Below, piece after piece: positions 1-12,689 of a DNA stretch of 64,000 nucleotides. Position 1 is the stretch's first letter. The number at the start of each line of letters is the position of its first letter. Source of the stretch: Cyanophora paradoxa CCMP329 (lineage: Eukaryota > Plantae > Glaucophyta); assembly GCA_004431415.1 (NCBI GenBank), contig QPMI01000100.1:124001-188000 (forward strand), written 5' to 3'. A model generated the notes under the pieces. It made no database searches and had not been told where the DNA came from. It worked only from the letters and a program-made list of their open reading frames with translations. The position numbers were made by a program, and so were the translations under genes.

Positions 1-914
1 CAGCCCTCACCCATACTGCCATGGTGAATTTGATGATCCGATGATCCTCTGAGCCTTCCGAAGTTCTACAATTTCACGGGTTTAATTCCAAACGTTTTAA
101 CCAAATGATGAAAGTTCAGCATGCCTTTCAGCCTAGGCCTGCAGCTGGATCGACTACGGGAGTGCAACTAGTACTTGACCGTCGGACAAGTTGAGCATAC
201 ATGCGCATATATGGCCGGGCCTCGGCCTGGCCGCGGGCCGGGCAGAGATTCGGCTGAAAAGAATCTTGAATGTTGAATTCGAATTGGCTCTTCAAGGCTT
301 AGGCTGTGACTCAATGGAGACCCTTCGAATTCAGCATTTCCTCAGGGAGTCAGCCCGAGTCGGGCCTGTCAGCCGCTCATGATCAGCGCTAAAGCATTCC
401 TGTCAGCCGGTGCATGCACTGCAGCTGAGCCTTGAATATTCCTGGCCGCCGGGCGTACGCGTTGATGTGTCTACTGCTTTCTCTCTCAGACTGAGAGTAA
501 AGAGTAGAGAGTAGTAGTGAGAAGACTCTCTCAGTCTCTTCTCAGAGTCTGTCGACGTCAAAGTTGATCACTGAGTCATATGCATGATCATGATGCGCTG
601 TGGCACATGCATGCAACTTGCCGCACTGCGGCAGTGCCAAATTAACAGTAAACTTGACTCAGTAAAAACACACCCGTGGACTGGCCATGGGGTAACAGGC
701 CAGGGTCGACGTCCCCTACCGTAGTACGACAGGAGAGAGAGACTCTGAGAGAGAGAGATCTAGAAAGCAGTAGATCTAGACCGGGTACCGTCGGACGCGA
801 TACGTATACTGGTGGCGGTGTCCCGGGCGGCCTGGCAGTGGAGCTTGAAATTCGAGAGCCGCTGAGCATCATGATCAGGCAGACTCAAGAGATCTAGATG
901 TAGAAGCACTGGGG

Positions 915-923
915 AAAAAAAAA
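915..923 (-). terminator. RNA polymerase III terminator (T9) downstream of tRNA-Val copy 1
   Basis: A9 run on + strand (T9 on -) about 17 nt past the tRNA 3' end. An equivalent A8 run follows copy 2 at 8343-8350. Confidence 0.7.
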
Positions 924-926
924 CAA

Positions 927-1166
927 GCTACGGGGACAATAGCCCGACCGGGAATCGAACCCGGATCTCCGCTGTGTTAAAGCGGTGTACTAGCCGCTAT
1001 ACTATCAGGCCGGTTGGAAGTGCTGACCAACTCAGCCAAGTGATTCTGCAACATCTCTTCTCCACGACACAAAGACGTACGCGTCGGCCGGCTATAGCTA
1101 GCAGCAGCATCGATCGCTGCTCCATACAACCCAACCGCTAGCTGCCGCGGCCAGCCGTGCGCGCTC
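927..1166. repeat. ~240-bp dispersed duplication (tRNA-Val plus 5' flank), partner at 8355-8594
   Basis: Near-identical sequence from gctacggggacaatag to gccagccgtg(c/t)gcgctc in both places, with only a few substitutions. Confidence 0.95.
940..1011 (-). tRNA. tRNA-Val(AAC), copy 1
   Basis: Reverse complement folds as a cloverleaf: acceptor GGCCTGA/TCGGGCT, D-arm GTAT..GTAC, anticodon stem CCGCT-TTAACAC-AGCGG (anticodon AAC), T-loop TTCGATT, discriminator A. Confidence 0.95.
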
Positions 1167-1394
1167 TCGAATCAGCGCCTTGCCTGGAGTACTTCCCGTC
1201 TGGCTTGTGTCTTGAGCAAGGCGGTCCACACAGCGAATTGCTGGCCTCAAGAGCGCACGTAGCTAAAGGCTAGCTAGATCTCCTAGGCGCACGCGCGACT
1301 GCTTCGGACCGGGGGACGCCAGCATTGGAGCAAGCCACGCGCGCCACGCGTGCTGGAAAAGAGATGAAGAGTACCAGTATCTAGGAGCAAAGCT

Positions 1395-4300
1395 ATGACG
1401 TCTTCGCCCAGCACCGCGCTGGTGCGGGGACTGCGTGCGCGTACGCGAGAGCCAGATGCATCAAGACTGCTCCTCGCCTTCGCCTTCATTCTCCTGGGGA
1501 GCCCATCAGTGAATGCAACGCCTCCAAAGATCGAGCTCATCACGAGGCTAGAAGATGGACAGTACTCGAATGCGATTCGGCTTTCGTGGACTGTGCCAGC
1601 GACGGGCATTAATTACATATATAACGTGCTGGTGAGTGCGTGACTTTCTTGTATGCTTTCTCTGTCTCACTGGCCGACAGGGTCGCTTTACGCCAGCGGC
1701 AGGAGGCGCTGTCGCTTTCGATGCGAACACCACCAGCAACTTCTTTACACGAACGGGCCTGCAGCCTGGCACGCAGTTTCAGGTGACAGTGCGGGCAATC
1801 GATCTCACTGATGTCGATCCCGTGCGTTATGTTCCAATAGCGATTTGTGGTTGCCAAATTCTTGACCAGAATTACGTTTTTCAGGTTGGCCCGTGGTCTC
1901 CACCAGCTATCTCCTCAACTCGTGCTGGTGAGTGCCAGGCACGCCTGCAGGCCAGTTATCCAACACGTCAAACCTTCTATTCTCGCAGGCGGAAGCTTCA
2001 CATTAACTGTCTCATCCATCAGTCCGTCTATCGGCCCCTTGGAAGGCAACACCACTGTTGATTTCACTTTCAGCGTGGGCACATTCGACATATCCACGTG
2101 AGGCACATTGTTTTCTTCAAGTGCATACAATTCGTAACACGGTCGCTTGTGCATTTTCAGAATCGTTCCTGCTGTGATTGTGACCTTCACGTTCTCCGAC
2201 AACACGAAGTCTGATGTCTCGGGCACCTGGATCAGCGCATCCCAATTTTCGGTAAACACTCCACCAAATGCGATTCCTGGAGAAGCAAAGTTAGCAGTAT
2301 CCATCGATGCAAGACAAACATTCCCGACAACTGTTGTCTTCCGTTACTACGGTTTGTATGTGACATTATCCTGTGTATGTTCAACTGAGCTTGGGCCTGA
2401 CAGTTTCCCCAAACGTGACGAGAGTCCTTCCTCCTCCTGGAGTCACGATGAGAGCTCTTAGCCAGTTCATCATTGAGGGTGTGGGATTCTTTGATCCTGG
2501 TGCAAATCTTATCCGCAACAGGTGGGTGCCCAGTCCCGCTCTTGCCACCAACTGAAACTGATCTATCTGTAAAGGTATCGATACCCATCTCAAAAGGTCT
2601 CGGATGCTGGGCTGTGTGATTTTATGAGCACAACACAGCTGCGCTGCTTTTCTCCAGCAGCGGAAACGCCTGGGGATCTGGCGGTTGAGATCAGCTTCAA
2701 TGCCCAGCAGTTCAGCAATGGAACAGTGTCACTGAATGTTTGGGACAGCTCTCGAGCACCCATCGTAACTTCTGTCTTCCCTGGTGTGGGTCGCCTTGAA
2801 GGAGGCCTTCTGGTCACTGTCACTGGAACAAACTTCGGAGCAACTGGCGGAATCAATCGATGCAAGGTGCATGTGAAGCCTTTGTGCGCTTTTCTATATC
2901 TCCTGACAGTCCTCTTCCGACCAGTTTGGAGACCAAGTGTGTCCAATCTGCCTTCGTCCTTGTCAAATATGTCCTGCCTTTTTGAAATTGCTTGTATTCG
3001 TAGGTCTCGCCTGCAACATGGATATCATCAACTCGTCTGACATGCTCAACGCCCAAGAACTACCCCACTGCTGGAATGGCTTCTCTTGAAGGTAAACACA
3101 ATGACTGCTTCCAAGTTCTTGTTTCAAGCCTCAAGTTCCCGCAGTCTCCAATGGCGACCTGCACACTGATGGCTCTGAGTTGTACAGCTCCAGTGGGGTA
3201 CTGTTCGGGTTTGGTATGCATGCTCCTGCCTTGTTGGCGTTCGGGCTCTTACTTAATACTTTTCCAATGCAGCCCCCAAAATGAATCCTTTATTGAGTGC
3301 TCTTACCGGAACTGGACTGACTGGTTCCACTGCTGGAGAGTATGGTCAATTCAGAATCGTGGCAGTCGACAATGAGGTGAGCATGAGCGCATGAAAGTCG
3401 AATTGAAGTTAAAGTGGCTGCAGGGGCAACCAATTATTATTGGCGGAGAGCAATTTTTAATTCTTGTGATGAGTTATCCTGTGAATTCCTCAACACCCAC
3501 TGTGTTTTATGGAGACTTCATGGACATGCGGTTGGTCCTCTGCGTGCTTCGCGTTCTCTGTCTCATAGACCTGATCCGAGGCACTTCGTTCTGAAGAAAC
3601 GGCACGTATCTTGCTCAATACCGCACCACAATAGCTGGCGTTTCACTCCTTCGGATCTACAATGCTTTGGATGATCTCGCTGCATCTCCAGTGGCCCCAA
3701 CAGCAGCATCTGTTGTTCAGGAATTCGGTTCTGCTTTCGATTCCAAGTCGGCAACAATTCCAGCATCAGCACGCCTTGTTCAAGTTGGAGCAGACAGACG
3801 TGTCACAATTGTGCCGAGTGCGTCAGTTTTCTTCTCCCGTCCACACTGAAGTGTGCAGTCTTCATTCTTGTATTGCAGATATTGTCGGAATCGGAAGCTC
3901 GGTATTTGGAGATGGGCTGGCAACTGGGAGAGTAAATATCCTGCGCAACTTCACTATTCAGACACGAGACACATTTGGAAACCTAAGGCCTGCAACAGAT
4001 AATGGCAAGGACACGTGCGTACTTCCGGCATAGAGATGTTTGAGCTCTTTTCTCACTATCCATGCTTAGGTTTCTCGTCCGCATGGTTTGTGGTGCGGCA
4101 GAGTACTTTCCAACTGTCAAATTTGTCTTTGGAGGACTGTACTCTGTCACATACAAGATCAGTCGTATGGGCATCTACCAGACTCATATTGCGCTGAACT
4201 CATTCGAGAATCCAATCAAGGGGAGCCCTTTCACAACTGAGATCTATGCCCGTATGTGATGCTCCCTCTCTTCTGCCGAATTTTCAAGAGACAGTAACTT

Positions 4301-5894
4301 GGATTGCAGAGACAAACTCTTGGACACGCATGACAACCAAAAACACGCCACCAGCACGCAGTGGACACTCGTCTGTTGTCCTTGACAAGACAAAGATGTG
4401 CATTTTTGGCGGTTGGACAATGGATGACATCTGGTGCTACGACCTCAGTAAGTTTTGCTCATTGGTCGCATTCAAAGAAATTAACTCTTTTCCAGCAACG
4501 GATGAATGGAGCGAACTGTCTCAATTGCCTTACTATCAGGAGATGCAGACCGTGGCTTATAAGCGAGGTTCCCACTCAGCTCTTGTCTGGAACAACCAAA
4601 TGTATGTCTTTGGTGGTCATCTGGGCTATGTGTCGTTCGTATACCACCCCCTTCAACCTTTTGTTTACCACCCCCTTCAACTACGCTGACCCTAACACAA
4701 AACGTGCACAGGGCCACACAGTTTGAGATGACTGAGAAGGGCACAACAATGCGGGATGCAACCAATAGCACTGTGCAGCTGCGCATTGTGCAAAACGACC
4801 TATGGGTCTACAACTTCAGTGAGTAACCAAAGATTCATCCATGTGTTCGTTGATTAACCCAAGAACAGCCACCGACCGGAAGAATGGGACGTGGACCCGC
4901 CGCTGGCCTCGGAATGCAGATGACCCGGTCAATGGCCCCCTCCCAGCACCTCGCCATGGACATGCGTCCGCCATACTGGACAGCGGCAAAATTATCATTT
5001 TTGGTGGCCGGGGCTCAGGCTTCACATCAGAAATGAATGACACTTGGGAGTACGACATTGGTGCCCCCTGTTTCCTTTTAACCACAATTCCACAAGAATT
5101 CACCCCATTTTCCAGAGTCTAATCGATGGAGAGAGCTCCGCTGCTCGTTGAATGACACACGATACCCAGTCAAGAAAGTCAGTGGTGCTTCCATGTCCGT
5201 GATTGGCAAGAGAAAGGTATTGGTGTATGGGGGGCACACAACGGAGAATATTGCAGGAAGCAGAATCTCGTCAGAACTGTACATGTTGGACTTGGGTGTG
5301 CATTTTCGGGTCACAACCTCGTCTCACTCACTGATCATTAGTTCTTGCAGACCTCTGCGTATGGTACCGCATGCAGCAACCCGCAGCCGGCTCTTCGAAC
5401 CGGCCCAAAGCTCTTTATCATCATGCGACTGTGACCTATCATCTTGACACAAAGTATCCAAAGATGGTCCTTTTTGGGGGATCATTTGGTGTCACAAATG
5501 ACACGAAGGAACTCTGGTTGTATGAGCACTGTATGTTTCCTGATCTGGTCATGAATCTGAGTTGGCTGACAGGCAATCTGCAGGCGGAGGCACGTATGGT
5601 GTGTGGGCTCCTCTCTCTCCAGTACCAGATGCGGGAGCAGAGGACGAGACAGGACGCTATAAGCCAGCTTATGGACCTCCATCTGAGAGACACAAGCACT
5701 CTCTTGTGCTAGCAGAGCTTCTCGGACCCAAAATTCTTCTTTTTGGCGCCTACACGTATTCCGGTGAGCAATGTCCAATTGAATCATTGCTCCAATCTGC
5801 TGACCTGACCGCGTCCTCAGTTCAAGCAAACGACATCTGGGCATTCACGCCTGATGACCGAGAATCATATGGGTGCAAGGATCAGGGCTATTGA
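1395..5894 (+). CDS. Multi-exon secreted protein: signal peptide, FN3, several IPT/TIG domains, filamin-type Ig repeat, C-terminal Kelch repeats
   Basis: Signal-like LLLAFAFILLGSPSVNA; FN3 IRLSWTVP..GLQPGTQFQVTVRAI; IPT ISPSIGPLEGNT and VFPGVGRLEGGLLVTVTGTNFG; filamin FTIQTRDTFGN..YSVTY..IKGSPF; Kelch ARSGHSSVV..IFGG, PRHGHASA..IFGG. GT-AG introns throughout. Confidence 0.8.
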
Positions 5895-6710
5895 TCGCTT
5901 TGTGGACTGGTGTCTGGCGCACAGATGTAGAGTCATGTAGAAGCACAGTTTCTCAGATCTGTTTATTTTACTATAGCTAGTCAGAATATGAGCTTCATGT
6001 ACAGTATACTAGGCTAGTAAGACACTATTAGCAACCAAACGACAAACAAAAAAAAGAGGCAGCGCAGTGATCACAAGGCTCCGAGGCTCTGCATGCACAG
6101 CTGCAGCTGCCAGATGCACTCAACTGTCAGTGTCGACATCAGAATCATTGAATCATGATGCATATGAGTCTCGAGATCTAAGAAGGCCCGGGCGGCCTAG
6201 GCAGCCCGGTCTGCATATGCATGCGCAGCCTGGCAGACCGTCGGAGTCTGTGACTCATGATATCGATCAGTGGATCGCCGAGTCGCAGTCTGATATATCG
6301 ATCATGAGATCATCATCGGATCTCAGAGCCTAGATATCTATATATAGCTATAGCTATATAGCTGCTGCAGCTGGGCATGAGCCCGCCGCGCGGCCCCACC
6401 GGCATGTGGCTGTCACAGTGTGCATGTGGCCAGTGCGTGTGAGCGATCGATATCAAATTAAAGAGCGATCGAGATCCAGAAAAGAGTGTGTGCGTGTGAG
6501 GCTCATGTGATCTCGAGAGAGCGATCAAAAGGCTCATGTGATCTCGCGATCGAGAGAGAGGACGCCAGAAGCCAGAGGGCATGCGCAACCAAGCCAGAGG
6601 GCATGCGCAGGGCATGTGAGAAAAAAAAACGAGTCTTGTCCGTGCATGTTAACGTTGCATGCGCATGCAAGCGCTAGCCTTGAAATTCAACGGTTGCAAC
6701 ACCGAGTTCC

Positions 6711-8007
6711 ATGACCTTACAGTGCCAGCACGCCTTGCTCGCCTTCCACGACTGGTCGAGCGTTGGGCACGACGCTGCTGCACGTACGTCTCTCGGAGTC
6801 TGTCTTCATGCACGTTCCTGCATTCCTAAAGAGTCTCGTTCTTCAATCTGATCGCACGCGCATGTTTTGCTCTAGATCTTTCCGAAAGTTCGAATTTGTT
6901 TTCGACTACATGTTCCTCGTGCAGCTTCGATTTCGCACGATCCCGGCACGCCGTGGTCATTAGCTGCAAATGTGGCATCAGCGACGTCGACGGAGGTTGT
7001 AGTCCGGAGAAGTCCGCTTGCCGCTCTGCGTTCTGCCGACGCTGCATCTCTGGGATTGCGGACGGTGCCCGAGAACGAGTTAGGGCCACGCTCGGAGTGG
7101 ATGGAACTAGTACAGTGCCGCGAGTGCAGAAGGAGCTGCGGGACTCCTTTTATCGATGCAAACCCTTGGTGCGTGCTGTGGAGGGGGAGTGGACTTGCTT
7201 GCATTTGGAAAACAAATTGCAGCTCACTGACCATAAAGGCACTTGCGGCAGGCGAACTTCCAGAATTGCTTGTTCGTGCAAGAGCACGTATTCTATGTGC
7301 AGCAGGACCCCCTCGAGGGCGATGGAGCATGCGCAATCTGTGGAGCTGTGCGTTCCTTATTGTTGCTAAACGTGGCCAGAGCTTCGCTGAACGCTTTGCG
7401 CGAGCAGGTTTTTGGCAAGTCATACGATCTGCAACTTAACGATGGAGTGGCTGTGACCTGCACGGTTTGTGGGCACTCGGCGTGCATTGTATGCTTGACA
7501 ACTGCTTGCTCTGATCAAGAGATGAAGGTGCTTAGAATTGATTTAAAATATGATTTTATAATGCTTATCAGTCAGGACATGTCCAGAATAAAGCTCGTGC
7601 ACGTTATCGGGAAGCTGTTGGTGCACCCTCTATTTCTTTCGCAGGGTTCTCAGTGGGACAGGTATTGCAATCCAAGCGCATCACTTAGTAACTAACTCAA
7701 AACTCATAACTCATTACTCATAACCCCACTCATAATTCATCAGGCACAGCTTGGACCGCATCGCCAGCCGCAGGCTCTAGGAGTATCAAATCCACCGGTC
7801 CTCCACAGTTGCGAAGACAAAGTCGTTCCCGAAGCCACATTCTCGCCTGAAGCAGAGGCTGAAAAGGAAGCTGTGCGGGAAGCTGTTCGGAGAGCAGACC
7901 GCGAACACTTTCGAAGGCAGACCATTCTCCGAGATCAGGCAGAGGCAGAAGCTATCGACCGTGCGGCACATCACTGTATAAGAGGCTGTATTTGCGCACA
8001 GATGTGA
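6711..8007 (+). CDS. Hypothetical Cys-rich (zinc-finger-like) protein, multi-exon
   Basis: Exon fragments contain CSSC, CKC, CRSAFCRRC, CAIC and CTVCGHSACIVC, plus a charged C-terminal exon (EAEAEKEAVREAVRRADREHFRR). The exon chain is uncertain. Confidence 0.4.
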
Positions 8008-8367
8008 CTAAATTAATGTGACTGCGTTTTCCGGATGTGCCGATGTGCACGTGGCACCCCTTCAGCTAGCTAGGCCTGCCATGCCAGTGTCCAGGCTAGG
8101 CCTGCAAAAGCCTTGAACTTGAAGCTCAAGCTCGAGCCCACAGCTGGCCGGCATGTACGTATATACATGTGCATGCGCACGTGGCACCCCTAGCTAGCTA
8201 TAGCTATATATAGACGTTGCATATGCATGTGGCACCCCTAGCTAGGCCTGGCCATGGCCCATGCCAGTGTCCAGTGCAGTGCCACGGTGCCACGAACCAG
8301 TGGTCCAGTGCAGAAGCCTTGAAGCTCGAGGGCGAAGTCGAGAAAAAAAAGCAGGCTACGGGGACAA

Positions 8368-8439
8368 TAGCCCGACCGGGAATCGAACCCGGATCTCCGC
8401 TGTGTTAAAGCGGTGTACTAGCCGCTATACTATCAGGCC
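8368..8439 (-). tRNA. tRNA-Val(AAC), copy 2
   Basis: Identical to 940-1011. Confidence 0.95.
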
Positions 8440-8726
8440 GGTTGGAAGTGCTGACCAACTCAGCCAAGTGATTCTGCTGCTTCTCCTTTCCACGACACAA
8501 AGACGTACGCGTCGGCCGGCTATAGCTAGCAGCAGCATCGATCGCTGCTCCATACAACCCAACCGCTAGCTGCCGCGGCCAGCCGTGTGCGCTCGTCCGA
8601 CTCGATTGCGCCCAGCTCGTCTACCCCCAGAGATTTTGTCTAGTTCAGGAGGCTGCGTTGCAGCTGCGCGCCAAGCTCGGCCAGAAGATCGCAGCCACGG
8701 CCGCGCTGCGCGCCGCAATCGCTGGG

Positions 8727-11700
8727 ATGTCGACCTCGTTCGCCGGACCGGCGGTGCTGCCCGGAGCGGCGAAGCGTATGCCGGTTGCGCTGAGGCCGTT
8801 TGTCGTCGCATCGGCACCGCTGCCAGCAGCTAGCAACAGCGAGAGCGCCGTGCGTACGCGCTCGCAGTTCCTCGGCAAGGCGCTGGCTCGCCAGCAGCGC
8901 GTTGCGTGCTTCAGCGGCCCGCGCCGTCGCCCGGAGTTTTTAGATTGGGGAAGGAATGCGCTTCATGTGCGCGCATCGAACGTCGCGGAGAGCAAGCCCA
9001 GCGGTGCGCGCCAATCTCGCGTCTTGATTGCGTTGGCGCTCATGCCGAGCGGCCAGCAGCTGCGCCTGGGAGCGAGATTCCGAGTACGTTCGACCCCTCC
9101 TCGGTCGAGGAACGCCTGTACAAGTTCTGGGAGGAGAGCGGCTTCTTTACCCCGACCCCCGACCCAAGCAAGGCGCCATATGTGATCGCAATGCCGCCCC
9201 CCAACGTCACCGGCGCGCTCCACATGGGTCACGCCATGTTTGTGACGCTCCAGGACATTCTCACGCGGTTCGTGCCTGCTTGCCCGCACCGACTCTCTGA
9301 AGTCCTCACGCGCGCGCGCGTTAGATACAAGCGCATGCAGGGCACTCCGACGCTCTGGCTCCCCGGCACGGACCACGCCGGTATAGCTACACAGCTTCTT
9401 GTTGAGCGCTGGCTCGCGGCGGAGGAGAAGATCAAGCGCCAGGAAATCGGACGGGAGGAGTTCGTCAAGCGCGTGTGGGAGTGGAAAGAGAAGTGCGCCG
9501 CGCGTGATTTCAACTTTAGCCGCAGCAGCGTTATATCTACCTGTGCTATCTCTGCTACAGAGCTGATATTTTTTGCGTTGATAGTCGCCCATTCGCATCC
9601 CATCTTCCGCATCAAATATTGTTTTCGAAGTCTCAACTTTGCACGCGCGCAGGTATGGCGGAACGATCACCGGGCAGCTGCGCCGGCTTGGCGCCTCCTG
9701 TGATTGGAGCAGGGAGAAGTTCACTCTTGATAAGGACCTAAGTGAGGCAGTCATCGAGTCATTCGTTCGGCTTCATGAGGACGGCCTCATCTATCGTTCC
9801 ACCTACCTCGTCAACTGGTCGCCGAATCTCCAGACTGCCGTGTCGGATCTAGAGGTCGAATATTCGGAAGAACCTGGCACTCTCTACACCTTCAAGTACC
9901 CACTGAAGGTCTGATGAAGCATCCCAGGAAGGCACCGAATTCGCAACTTATGTTTCCCTCAGGACTCTGACGAGTTTATCCCGGTTGCGACCACTCGCCC
10001 TGAGACGATCCTTGGCGATACAGCTGTTGCTGTTCACCCTGAGGACCCGCGGTACAAGAAGTACATCGGCAAGATGCTTGTTGTGCCTCTCATTGGCCGC
10101 GAGGTGCTTCATCCTTCTTTCCTCTTCTAATTCGCAACCTTGCTCATTGTTCCCTGCAAACTCAGATCCCTGTGATTGCGGATACCTACGTGGATCGCGA
10201 GTTCGGCACTGGCGCACTGAAAATCACACCTGGCCACGACCCGAATGACTATGACATCGGCAAGAAGCACAACCTGCCCATCATCAACATTATGAATAAG
10301 GACGCCACCCTGAACGAAAATGGAGGTTCATCTCTTCCCCCGAGCTTTCCAGTGCATCGCTCGTTGTATTGAGTGATCCTGTGCAGGCAAATTCGCGGGG
10401 AAGGAGCGCTTTGAGGTCCGCAAAGAGCTGTGGGCTGACATGGAGAAGCTTGGATTGACGATCAAGACTGAGCCTCATACGCTTCGGTTAGCAGTCTCAC
10501 CCCTTTTGAAGGAGTCGAGCCAGTCGCTGACTTGAGCATAATCTCGTTTTCTCCAGGGTTCCCCGCTCGCAGCGCGGTGGTGAGGTGATCGAGCCGATGG
10601 TCAGCACTCAGTGGTTTGTGCGCATGGAGCCCCTCGCCAAGCCTGCCTTGGAAGCTGTTCGCACTGGTGACATCAAGATTGTGCCCGAGCGCTTCGAGAA
10701 GATTTACTTCAACTGGCTTGAGAACATTCGGGACTGGTGTATCTCGCGGCAGCTCTGGTGGGGCCACAGGATCCCTGTGTGGTATGTGAAGGGTCAGAAA
10801 GGCGATGATGGCGAAGAGCCCTTCGTCGTTGCACGCACGGAGGAAGCAGCTTACGAGAAGGCGAGGGAGAAGTATGGCAAGGATGTCGTTCTGGAGCAGG
10901 ATCCTGATGTGCTCGATACCTGGTTCTCCTCTGGCCTGTGGCCATTCTCTACTCTCGGCTGGCCGAATGAGAAATCGGAGGATTTCTATTTCTACCCAAC
11001 GGCTGTTATGGAGACTGGCTACGACATTCTGTTCTTCTGGGTTGCCAGGATGATTATGACAGGCATCTATTTCACGGGGAAGTCTCCTTTCAAGGTTCAT
11101 GAGGTCTTCTCATATCATTTGCTGGGACTTACTTGGGAGCAGATTGTCTACCTTCACGGACTTGTTCGTGATTCTCAGGGCCGCAAAATGTCGAAGACGC
11201 TCGGCAACGTTATCGATCCGCTGGATGTCATGAAGGACTTTGGCACTGACTCCCTGCGCTTCACTCTTGCAACCTCCAACACCCCTGGCCAGGTCTGCCA
11301 CAGTGTTGTTGTTCAGGCCAGTTTCTCTCTTCTGAACATGTCCACAGGATGTAAACCTGTCGCTCGAGCGTGTGGAGTCGAACCGCAACTTTGCCAACAA
11401 GGTTTGACCTCGGACACCTTTCATGCAAATGCAATGCTTACCTCAGGATGCTGCAGATGTGGAATGCAGGGCGTTTTGTTCTTAGCGACTTGGCAAAGGC
11501 ATCACAGGAAGAGCTATCAGAGATCCAGGCTTTGATTGAGAAGCATACCGACAAGAAATATGTTGATAGCCTCGCACTGCCCGAGCGGTGGATCATCTCA
11601 CGGCTGCACACGCTTGTGGATGAGGTTTCAGAGAACCTCGATGCTCTGTCCATGGGAGAGGCTGGTCGCTCGCTCTACGGTATGTGACTGATACTGGCAT

Positions 11701-12689
11701 TCATCACTTCGAGCTTGCTTCTGAATGCTTTCACAGATTTCTTCTGGACCGAGTTTGCGGACTGGTTCATTGAGGCTAGGTGCCGATTTTATGTGATATT
11801 TTGCTTCAATCATATCTCAATTGGCTTGCAGCAAAACACGCCTCTATGGCCAAGATGCGAAGGCGAAGCAGCAGGCACGGGCAACTCTCGTATACGTTCT
11901 TGACCGGTCTGTGTTCTGCCCAGTCTGGGAGTGTGTATGCTCATTTCTTGTATTTTCAGATCGATGCGCCTTCTTCACCCTTTCATGCCCTTCGTCACTG
12001 AGGAGATCTGGAGCTTCCTTCCCAGGGCTGCAGGGGTGAAGGAGCCGTCACTGGTTCGTGATTGTGATCTCCCAGAGTCTTCTAGCACTCACCCAGATGG
12101 CCATGAAGATCGTCGGTGCATGGCCAGCTCGGGGCTTGCCTGTGGACTCCACTGCCCTTGAACAGTTTGAGGCACTTCAGAATCTGGTTCGGTCCATCCG
12201 AAATGCGCGGGCCGAGTACAATGTGGAGCCTGGTTCGTTTAGTTCCTTGATTGCATCGAATTTTCTAATCCTTCCCCAGGCAAGCGCATTGCCGCTGAAG
12301 TGCAGGTCCAGGATGCTGCCATGTGCAGCGCCTTGTCTGCTGAGAGGAGCGTTCTCGTGTCTCTGGCGAAGCTCGATGACTCTCAAGTCGGCATTGGCCC
12401 GAACTGCGGCGCAAACCTTACTACACAGGAGGCTGTCCCTCTGGTTGTTGCCGAGGGTCTGGAGGCATTCCTGCCGCTGAAGGGCATGGTGGATCTCGAG
12501 AAGGAACGGCAGCGTCTCACCAAGCAGGCTGCTAAGATCGAGAAAGAGCTCGAGGGTCTCCAGAAGCGCCTCAACTCTCCTGGCTTCACAGACAAGGCAC
12601 CTGCAGATGTTGTTGCTAGTGTCAAGGACAATGTTGCTGATCTCAGTGAAAGGCTTCGCATCATTAAGGAAAGGATGGCTTCACTGTAG
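8727..12689 (+). CDS. VARS: Valyl-tRNA synthetase, organellar (plastid-type transit peptide)
   Basis: [13 protein letters not shown] (HIGH motif), [47 protein letters not shown] (KMSKS motif) and C-terminal coiled-coil arm. N-terminal extension [10 protein letters not shown]...VRAS is Ser/Ala/Arg-rich. Confidence 0.96.

Noticed and set aside
1-900. Transposon or MITE in the palindrome-rich first spacer (also 6060-6680)
   Set aside because: No convincing terminal inverted repeats, target-site duplications or transposase remnants were seen.
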